Positions 1 through 6,716 of a DNA stretch of 11,815 nucleotides are shown here, in pieces. Where the stretch lies: the NCBI GenBank assembly GCA_031960885.1, contig JAVRLY010000039.1, positions 1 through 11,815 of the forward strand, given 5' to 3'. Each line of letters opens with the position of its first letter. The stretch's first letter is position 1. Source of the DNA: Desulfurella sp. (lineage in GTDB: Bacteria; Campylobacterota_A; Desulfurellia; Desulfurellales; Desulfurellaceae). The notes beneath the pieces were generated by a model that saw only the letters and a list, made by a program, of their open reading frames with translations, did not search any database and had not been told where the DNA came from. The position numbers and the translations under genes are program-made.

Positions 1-17
1 ATATATACAAGAAAATT

Positions 18-947
18 TTGATAAATACAGCCAAAATTGCAAAAAAACCATTTAAATTAAAAAAAATATTCTGTGAACACTCTATCCAAAATACTTGTGG
101 CATTAAAATTAATGACTATGTTAGTTACTTTCATAACTTAAAAGATAAATGCGCACTTATCTTTGCCAATAAAAAAGGCGAATTATTGAGAAAAACGCCA
201 AATTACTATACGCCCACTTCAACATATGGCTACTCTATACTTTTATCATACAACTGTATATATGATTGTTCGTACTGTTTTTTAAAAGGCTACTTTAAAA
301 CATTCAATCCTGTAATATTTAAAAATATTGAGGATTTTTTCAAAGCTATTGAAATAACGGTCAATAACGATAAACTTAGACCATTGTACTTTTATTTGGG
401 AACATTTTCAGATCCAATAGCGCTTAGCGTGTTTGATAATAGCTACATTGAGTTTGCAAAATTTTTTGAGAATATTGATGCAATTTTAGAAATAAGAACA
501 AAGTCAGCCAAAGTTGAAAAACTACTATTAGAAGGACCATTTAAAAACACTATAATAGCTTTTTCTCTCTCGCCACAAAGTGTCATAGATAAGTTTGAGC
601 CATATACGCCAAGCCTTAAAAGACGCCTCAAAGCAATAAAATTACTTGATGAAGCAGGTTTTAATATAGGCATACGCTTTGATCCATTTTTTATTGGTTT
701 TGATAGTGAATATAGAGATTTAGCAGAGTTCTTAAACCAAATTAAGCATTTACACTCAATCGAAATAGGCGTTTTAAGATTTTCCAAGAATGAGTACAAA
801 ATATTTTTGCGCAAAAACCCAGCTTTGTTGCAAAATCTCATTTTAGATAAAGACATTTATATGTATAATGTTTCTAGACTTAAACAAACAGTAGAAATGT
901 TATTTTCTAATTTTAGAGATAAAATTTACTACAACATGCTATTTTAA
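18..947 (+). CDS. Radical SAM protein, spore photoproduct lyase (SPL/SplB)-like family; probably 5'-partial
   Basis: CxxxCxxC motif NCIYDCSYCFL (nt 255-278). SPL-like motifs GTFSDP, EIRTKS, FSLSPQ..E..TPSL..RL.A and IGIRFDP. The frame stays open upstream of the TTG at 18 to the window edge (I-Y-K-K-I), so the true start may lie outside the window. Confidence 0.8.
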   Translation: MINTAKIAKKPFKLKKIFCEHSIQNTCGIKINDYVSYFHNLKDKCALIFANKKGELLRKTPNYYTPTSTYGYSILLSYNCIYDCSYCFLKGYFKTFNPVIFKNIEDFFKAIEITVNNDKLRPLYFYLGTFSDPIALSVFDNSYIEFAKFFENIDAILEIRTKSAKVEKLLLEGPFKNTIIAFSLSPQSVIDKFEPYTPSLKRRLKAIKLLDEAGFNIGIRFDPFFIGFDSEYRDLAEFLNQIKHLHSIEIGVLRFSKNEYKIFLRKNPALLQNLILDKDIYMYNVSRLKQTVEMLFSNFRDKIYYNMLF

Positions 948-978
948 ACTATGTAAATTAAAAATGTGGTTATATATC

Positions 979-1007
979 TTGACACATTGAGTTAATTATT
1001 ATATAAG
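979..1007 (+). promoter_or_regulatory. Sigma70-type promoter for the roadblock/sensor gene pair
   Basis: TTGACA (979-984), 17-bp spacer, TATAAG (1002-1007). Followed by RBS GGAGG at 1023-1027 and ATG at 1034. Confidence 0.7.
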
Positions 1008-1033
1008 TTTAAAAATTACATTGGAGGTTAATA

Positions 1034-1399
1034 ATGAAAGAAGAAGACTTAAATGCTCAATTAGCCGAATTAGTAAGGTTAAATCCCCACATTGAAGGTT
1101 CTGCTTTAGTAAGCTCAGATGGATTAATGATAAGTTCTCAGCTACCAGCCAATTTTGATGAGGATAGAGTTGCTGCTATGTCAGCTGCACTGTTGACATT
1201 AGGTGAGAGAGCAGTTGATGAATTAGAAAAAGGAATTCCAGAACAAGTTACTGTAAAAGGCGACAAAGGTTATATTATATTAACATCAGCTGGTAGCGAA
1301 GCCGTATTGATTGTTCTTGCAAAACCAGATGTAAAATTAGGTTTGCTTTATCTAGATATTAAAAATACTTCCAAAAAGCTCAAAGAATTAATGTCTTAA
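1034..1399 (+). CDS. Roadblock/LC7 domain protein (MglB/CvnB-like, putative GTPase regulator)
   Basis: Classic roadblock signature IEGSALVSSDGLMISSQLP...DEDRVAAMSAALLTLGERAVDELEKG..EQVTVKGDKGYIIL...AVLIVLA...KLGLL. 121 aa, with a strong GGAGG RBS. Confidence 0.92.
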   Translation: MKEEDLNAQLAELVRLNPHIEGSALVSSDGLMISSQLPANFDEDRVAAMSAALLTLGERAVDELEKGIPEQVTVKGDKGYIILTSAGSEAVLIVLAKPDVKLGLLYLDIKNTSKKLKELMS

Positions 1400-1410
1400 A
1401 GGAGCTAAAA

Positions 1411-2448
1411 ATGAGCGAAGAAGAAAAAAAAGAGCGTTTGGAAAAATTGAGCGGTGCCCACGTTTTCTGGGCATCTTTAGTTGGATCTTCATATGATTTA
1501 GGTATAATGAACCAAGCTATTATAGTACCAGCAATGAAAGCTACTGCTCAAAGGTTGGTATTGCATCAAATGCATAAAAATTTACTGCCAAAATTTAATA
1601 TACAAGACAGCATAGATGCAAACGTCAAAAAGGCTATTGATTCACTAAATGAATATCTGCAATTTGCAAATCATTACGATGTATCTGTTTCTCAAGAAAA
1701 TTCTAAGATGACAGTGACAATTAGGATAAGAAAAGATTCCTGTATGTTTTGCCCTGTTGGTGTAGGTGGCGGTCCAGTCGATACTAGTGTATGCCCATAT
1801 CCATCGCTTTTTAATACCTATTTAGATGTTTTAGCAAAAAATACACTATCTTTTTTAACGCCCAAAATGAAAAAAGAAGAAAAAGGGTACATGAGAAAAG
1901 AACCTCAAGAGTGTGTTATGAGTTTTATTTTTGAAGAAGACCAAGCTTTTAAAGAAATATACAATATTTTAAAATCTAGTGTGGAGCATATTCAGTCAAC
2001 TATTGAAAACGCTTTAAAGAATGGAAAAATTACCGAAGAAGAACTATGGGATAGAAACTATGTACCCATAGAAAACACTAACCCTCAAAAATACAAAACT
2101 AAATTCACAGATTTTATGAAAACATACATACAACCTATAGAAGATGAAGTCCTAAGTATGAACAAAAAATTTGTTTTTGTTGTGTTAGTTGATGAAAATG
2201 GATATTTGCCCGCACACAATTCTATTTATGATAAGCCTTTAACTGGTGAGTATAAGAGCGATCTTGCAGGGAACCGCTCAATGCGCATATTTAATGATCC
2301 AACTGGTCTTGCTGCAGCAGAAAATACAGAACCCATTTTATTCCAAATATATCCTAGAGATTTAGGTAAAATAATGTATGACATATCAATGCCTGTTTAC
2401 ATTGATGACAAGCACTGGGGCGCTTTAAGGATTGGCTTTAAAGATTAA
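1411..2448 (+). CDS. Soluble two-domain putative sensor: N-terminal Cys-rich V4R/MetOD1-like domain plus the Cache/PAS-like domain usually found at the C-terminus of some methyl-accepting chemotaxis proteins
   Basis: RBS AAGGAG at 1399-1404. The N-half carries C111-x2-C114...C128P...C168. The C-half (aa ~181-345) has LWDRNYVPIENTNPQKYKTKF, VDENGYLPAHN, PLTG..DL.GNR..RIFND.TGL.AA.NTEP and Y.RDLG..M.DISMPVYID.KHWGALRIGF. No transmembrane segment and no MCP signalling hairpin. The C-domain recognition is stronger than the V4R-like call. Confidence 0.7.
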   Translation: MSEEEKKERLEKLSGAHVFWASLVGSSYDLGIMNQAIIVPAMKATAQRLVLHQMHKNLLPKFNIQDSIDANVKKAIDSLNEYLQFANHYDVSVSQENSKMTVTIRIRKDSCMFCPVGVGGGPVDTSVCPYPSLFNTYLDVLAKNTLSFLTPKMKKEEKGYMRKEPQECVMSFIFEEDQAFKEIYNILKSSVEHIQSTIENALKNGKITEEELWDRNYVPIENTNPQKYKTKFTDFMKTYIQPIEDEVLSMNKKFVFVVLVDENGYLPAHNSIYDKPLTGEYKSDLAGNRSMRIFNDPTGLAAAENTEPILFQIYPRDLGKIMYDISMPVYIDDKHWGALRIGFKD

Positions 2449-2975
2449 TCTTCTTCTGCTAGCTGTTCCAAAGCAAGCAATATTGCTTGCTTTACTTCTT
2501 CTTTGTTTTTATTAGAGATTTTAATAAGGGGTATTTCTTTAGGCTTATTAGAAAGTAATTGTTCCAATGTTTTATCTTCAATTCTATTTGGTAAATCTTT
2601 TTTTGTAAGTGCGAACACTGCAGGAAGCCTTTTGATTTTCATAAATTCTCGATAGTATTTATACATGTTAGATATCGAATCTTTGCTTGTTATATCACCA
2701 AGCACTATTAAAGCTAGAGCATTTTTTTCTAAAATATCATAAATAAATTTAAAGCGCTCTTGACCTGGTGTTGCATAAATATGAATTATTATATCTTTAT
2801 CTATGGTTATTGTGCCAAAATCTATAGCGACAGTAGTAAAATTTTTTATATCCTTTAAGCCTTTTTCTGTTACTGGTTTATCTGTTGTAATAGGGTCTAT
2901 TTCACTAATGCATTTTATAAACTCTGTTTTTCCTGAATTGAAACTGCCAGTTACTATAATTTTATAGATAGCCAT
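2445..2975 (-). CDS. Small Ras-like GTPase of the MglA / conservon CvnD (ATP_bind_1) type
   Basis: G1 KIIVTGSFNSGKT, ISEI, G2 TTVAIDFG, G3 ATPGQERF, G4 TKKD. 176 aa, 3 bp downstream of the upstream minus-strand gene. Confidence 0.9.
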   Translation of the reverse strand: MAIYKIIVTGSFNSGKTEFIKCISEIDPITTDKPVTEKGLKDIKNFTTVAIDFGTITIDKDIIIHIYATPGQERFKFIYDILEKNALALIVLGDITSKDSISNMYKYYREFMKIKRLPAVFALTKKDLPNRIEDKTLEQLLSNKPKEIPLIKISNKNKEEVKQAILLALEQLAEED

Positions 2976-2978
2976 TTT

Positions 2979-3992
2979 TTACAAACCTCTAATTTTATCT
3001 AATATTTTGTGTAAAACACCTTTCTTTATTTTTACATCAAATTTGACACTTGCGTCTTGATCTGAAGATAAATCAATTATGCGCAACATATACATAATTA
3101 CAATATTCTGTAAAACCCTATTATCGTAATTGTAGCGCCTCAATATTTTATCAATACTAATATCAGAATTGTTCATAAGCCATTCTATGTCTAAATTGCT
3201 ACCTGGCAGCAATGCACCTTTTGCAGCGTAGAGAGGTGCTTTGACATTAACAATATTTCTATCTTTTGGCAAAAGAGATATCAGTTGTTCTTTTTGTGTA
3301 ATATTTTTAATACCTTCCCAAACAAAGTTTTTCAAACTAAGTCTGGGCGTATTTTCATTAGATACGTTTGATAGGTCTGATATTTCTATTATATCTTGAG
3401 AAACATATAAGTTTGGATAATTAAAAATATCATAATAGCTATCAAAATCTGAATGCAAGAAATTTATTTCGCTACCTATAATAATGATTTTTAACTGCTT
3501 GTTGCCTACTAAAAAAGTAATTTTTTGGTTACTTCTTATCGAATTGAAAAATTCACCTAAGTTAACTTCTTTGAAATTATCAAGAGAGATTTTTTCTTGT
3601 ACTTTAATTTTGTTATCAATATTTGATATTACTGTAAATATTTCTTTGTGAAAGGATGGATATGTTATTGAAATTATATCTAACCCATTTGGAACAATAT
3701 CGGATTCATCCTTGAGAATAACAATTGATGGTTTAATAAAATTTGTTTCTAAGCTGTTTGTTTTAATTTTATCTAAAAAAGCTTCAGCCAATTTAGATTT
3801 TGTCGTTATACCTTTGTGATTGCCAATTACTATAAAACTATAATTGAGTATATCATCTTTTATTTGCCTTGGATCATTTACCCACTCAACAACAAACCCC
3901 TCGCTTCCAAGTAAATATTGCAAAATTCTAGCGAGTAGCTCATCTTCTATTATCAAACAAGCTTTTTTAGTTCTATCCAAAATTTTTTGCAT
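2979..3992 (-). CDS. Pseudo-receiver domain plus divergent DUF4388/PATAN-like region protein, partner of the small GTPase (ORF track starts at GTG 4016; ATG 3992 preferred)
   Basis: The N-terminus follows a receiver-like pattern (LIIEDE, ILQYLLGSEGFVV, FIVIG, IVILK, ITYP) but lacks the phosphoacceptor Asp. The C-terminal amphipathic tail KKGVLHKILDKIRGL resembles proteins encoded just upstream of MglA/CvnD-type GTPases. The start is chosen from the promoter at 4003-4031. Confidence 0.6.
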   Translation of the reverse strand: MQKILDRTKKACLIIEDELLARILQYLLGSEGFVVEWVNDPRQIKDDILNYSFIVIGNHKGITTKSKLAEAFLDKIKTNSLETNFIKPSIVILKDESDIVPNGLDIISITYPSFHKEIFTVISNIDNKIKVQEKISLDNFKEVNLGEFFNSIRSNQKITFLVGNKQLKIIIIGSEINFLHSDFDSYYDIFNYPNLYVSQDIIEISDLSNVSNENTPRLSLKNFVWEGIKNITQKEQLISLLPKDRNIVNVKAPLYAAKGALLPGSNLDIEWLMNNSDISIDKILRRYNYDNRVLQNIVIMYMLRIIDLSSDQDASVKFDVKIKKGVLHKILDKIRGL

Positions 3993-4002
3993 CTTAAAAG
4001 GC

Positions 4003-4031
4003 ATTTTAAACAACACAAATGCTTATGTCAA
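4003..4031 (-). promoter_or_regulatory. Sigma70-type promoter for the pseudo-receiver/GTPase pair
   Basis: Minus strand TTGACA (4031-4026), 17-bp spacer, TAAAAT (4008-4003). Confidence 0.65.
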
Positions 4032-4047
4032 GAAAATTTTTTAAAAA

Positions 4048-4076
4048 TTGATAAAAAAATATATTTGTGCTAAAAT
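4048..4076 (+). promoter_or_regulatory. Sigma70-type extended -10 promoter for mqnD
   Basis: TTGATA (4048-4053), 17-bp spacer ending in TGn (TG at 4068-4069), TAAAAT (4071-4076). RBS GGAGG at 4091-4095. Confidence 0.7.
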
Positions 4077-4099
4077 AAAGATAGTTAAAAGGAGGCGAG

Positions 4100-4924
4100 A
4101 TGAAAACATTAACATTGGCACATAGCCCAGATTCAGATGATGCATTTATGTTTTATGCACTAAATATCAATGCTATTGATACAAAAGGATATTCATTTGA
4201 GCAAATTTTAAGCGATATCCAGACATTGAATGAAAAGGCATTTGATGAAATATACGATATCACAGCTATTTCTTTAGCAGTATATCCTTTTATTGAAGAC
4301 AAGTATGATATATTAAAGAGTGGCGCAAGTATGGGATTTAAATATGGTCCTATTTTAGTAACAAAAAAACCTATGTCTCTAGATGAGATTAAAAAAACAA
4401 AGATTGCTATACCGGGAATTTACACAAGTGCATTTTTCGAATTACAGTTGTTGCTTGGAAAAGATTTAGATACGCTCATCGTTCCATTTAATAAGGTATT
4501 TGACCATGTGTTAAATGGAGATGCCCAAGCAGGTTTAGTTATTCATGAAGGTCAACTTACATACAAAGAAGCTGGTTTGTACAATGCTTTTGATTTAGGT
4601 CAGTGGTGGTTTGACAAAACAAAATTACCCCTTCCTTTGGGTGTAAATGCAATACGAAAATCCTTAGAAGAAAAATATGTAATATCCGATATACTTCAAA
4701 AAAGTATTTTGTACTCGCTAGAACATAGAAAAGAAGCGGTAAACTATGCTTTGCAATTTGCAAGAGGTATGAAAGAAAGTCTTGCGGATCAGTTTATTGG
4801 TATGTATGTTAATAAATTGACCGTTGATATGGGAAAAGATGGTTTAAAAGCTTGTCAGCTTCTGTTAGATGAAGCCTACAAAGCGGGGTTAATTAACAAA
4901 AGCGTTCAAATAAAGCTTGTATAA
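4100..4924 (+). CDS. mqnD: 1,4-dihydroxy-6-naphthoate synthase (futalosine menaquinone pathway)
   Basis: LAHSPDSDDAFMFYAL, DIQTLN, GASMGFKYGP, IAIPG..TSA, GLVIHEGQLTY, DLGQWW...LPLPLG and FIGMYVN motifs; strong RBS. Confidence 0.93.
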   Translation: MKTLTLAHSPDSDDAFMFYALNINAIDTKGYSFEQILSDIQTLNEKAFDEIYDITAISLAVYPFIEDKYDILKSGASMGFKYGPILVTKKPMSLDEIKKTKIAIPGIYTSAFFELQLLLGKDLDTLIVPFNKVFDHVLNGDAQAGLVIHEGQLTYKEAGLYNAFDLGQWWFDKTKLPLPLGVNAIRKSLEEKYVISDILQKSILYSLEHRKEAVNYALQFARGMKESLADQFIGMYVNKLTVDMGKDGLKACQLLLDEAYKAGLINKSVQIKLV

Positions 4925-6095
4925 AACAATCATTGTTGGTGGTGGCGCAAGTGGTCTTGCTTGCGCCTGTTTTTTAGATAATAATACACTTATTTTAGAT
5001 AGGCAAAAAGTTGGAAGGAAGCTATCGATTGCGGGAAATACGCGCGTTAATCTTACAAATCTCGCAAATCTTGATACTTTTTTAGACTCATATTCGCCCA
5101 ACGGTGATTTTCTAAGGGATGCATTTAAAGCTTTTTTTAGGGATGATTTGATAAACTTTATAAACACATTGGGTTTAAAAACGCAAGTAGAAAATAACAA
5201 AGTGTTTTTAAAAGACTATCAAGGAAAAGAATTAGTTGAAAGAATGAAGAAATATATTGCGAGTAAAAAAATCAAGATACAAGAAAATGAAAGAGTAATT
5301 AAAATTGAGAAGAAACAGCTTTTTTTTGTATATACAAACAAAAACGTATATGAGTCACAAAACGTAGTTATAGCTACAGGTGGTTTGAGTTATAATAAAT
5401 TGGGGTCCAAAGATGGCTATACTTTTGCTCGATATTTTACTCACACCATAGCACCATTGAAGCCATTTGAAACGCCGTTTTGCTTAAAAGAAAGCTTATT
5501 TAAAAATTTAAGCGGTATTACATTGCAAAATATTCAGATTAAATATAAAAATAAAATTTTTAATGGCGATTTGCTATTTACACATTTTGGTTTGAGTGGA
5601 CCTTTAATTCTAGATGTTTCTTTTTATGTGAGTGATGGCGAAACTATTTATATAAATTTTTTGGGAGATAACAAAGATAATTTTTTAAAAGATTTATATG
5701 AAGCAAATAATTTAAAATCTGTAATTAAAAACTACTTGCCAAAACGACTTTTAGATAATATTTTAGACAAAATGCCATTTATCGTTAAAAATATAGCAGA
5801 AGTCTCAAAAAAAGACTTGAATTCGCTGTTTGATTTATTGTTTAACTACAAAATAGTGGTGAAATTATGCGGTTTTGATAAAGCTTTTGTCACAAAAGGT
5901 GGAGTGCCATTAAAGGAAATTAATCCAAAAACATGTGAGTCAAAATTAGTTAGTGGACTATACTTTTGTGGCGAAGTATTAGATATTGCTGGAAAAATAG
6001 GCGGTTTTAATATACAAGCTGCATTTTCTACTGCTTACTTAGTTAGCTCAAAAATTAGGCAATCTGCCGTTGAAAAACATGTAAAATCCGATTAA
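4917..6095 (+). CDS. HI0933/YhiN/BaiN-family NAD(P)/FAD-dependent oxidoreductase
   Basis: IIVGGGASGL Rossmann motif, GRKL...R.NLTN, IATGGLSY, GDLLFTHFGLSGPLIL, AFVTKGGV, GLYFCGEVLDIAGKIGGFNIQAAF. The TTG start overlaps the end of mqnD by 8 bp. Confidence 0.9.
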   Translation: MYKTIIVGGGASGLACACFLDNNTLILDRQKVGRKLSIAGNTRVNLTNLANLDTFLDSYSPNGDFLRDAFKAFFRDDLINFINTLGLKTQVENNKVFLKDYQGKELVERMKKYIASKKIKIQENERVIKIEKKQLFFVYTNKNVYESQNVVIATGGLSYNKLGSKDGYTFARYFTHTIAPLKPFETPFCLKESLFKNLSGITLQNIQIKYKNKIFNGDLLFTHFGLSGPLILDVSFYVSDGETIYINFLGDNKDNFLKDLYEANNLKSVIKNYLPKRLLDNILDKMPFIVKNIAEVSKKDLNSLFDLLFNYKIVVKLCGFDKAFVTKGGVPLKEINPKTCESKLVSGLYFCGEVLDIAGKIGGFNIQAAFSTAYLVSSKIRQSAVEKHVKSD

Positions 6096-6716
6096 AACCA
6101 AAAATATGCTCATGCCGTATGTTACCAAATTTGTCTTTAAAAAATTGAATGATTTTACGAAAAAACCCGTAAATATAGACGCTAAAATAAATGGGATGCC
6201 AAGTCCGAGAGAATATACAAAAAGCAACATTGCGCCTTTTGACAAGCTCTCTGTATTTGCCGCAATTACAAGTATAGACGACAAAATTGGTCCAACGCAA
6301 GGACTCCACCCAAAAGCAAACAATATGCCAATTATGAACGATGTAAATAAATTAACACTTTTTACTTTTATATTGATGCGCAAAAATCTGTAGATAAAAT
6401 CAATTTTTAGCGCGTAAAAAATACCGAATAATATTATTAAAATTCCTGAAATTTTAGCAAGCAAAATTTTGTTTATAAGAACTAAAGTGCCAATATAGCT
6501 TGCGCTTGTTCCCATTAGCGTGAAGATTATGCTAAAACCAATGACAAAAGCCAAAGAGTTTAAAATAGCTCTTTTATAAACATTTTTGTCATTTGAAGCT
6601 TTTAATTCTTTTACAGTAACGCCTGAAATATAAGATATATAAACAGGTATTAATGGCAAAACGCATGGACTTATAAAAGATAAAATGCCTCCTAAAAAAG
6701 CAGTTAAAAACATCAT
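6048..6716 (-). CDS. ccdA: Cytochrome c biogenesis protein CcdA (DsbD transmembrane domain)
   Basis: Hydrophobic ~6-TM protein with two PC motifs, SFISPCVLPLIPVY and FGWSPCVGPILSSIL, plus YSLGLGIPF. ATGA overlap with flhG. Confidence 0.9.
   Translation of the reverse strand: MMFLTAFLGGILSFISPCVLPLIPVYISYISGVTVKELKASNDKNVYKRAILNSLAFVIGFSIIFTLMGTSASYIGTLVLINKILLAKISGILIILFGIFYALKIDFIYRFLRINIKVKSVNLFTSFIIGILFAFGWSPCVGPILSSILVIAANTESLSKGAMLLFVYSLGLGIPFILASIFTGFFVKSFNFLKTNLVTYGMSIFLVLIGFYMFFNGRLPNF

Noticed and set aside
443..856. 137-aa minus-strand ORF
   Set aside because: Lies entirely antisense to the radical SAM gene, with no recognisable motif or RBS; a shadow ORF.
1411..2448. Annotating this gene as a methyl-accepting chemotaxis protein
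   Set aside because: Only the accessory C-terminal domain matches. The conserved MCP hairpin (LLALNAAIEAARAGE.G.GFAVVA) and transmembrane helices are absent.
3844..4044. 66-aa plus-strand ORF
   Set aside because: Antisense to the pseudo-receiver gene and its promoter; Ser-rich shadow composition.
4557..5200. Minus-strand ORFs 4557-4763 and 4889-5200
   Set aside because: Antisense to the well-supported mqnD and flavoprotein genes; no motifs.
6055..6393. ORFs 6055-6309 (-) and 6106-6393 (+)
   Set aside because: Alternative-frame and antisense ORFs inside ccdA, which is intact; no evidence of a frameshift or independent expression.
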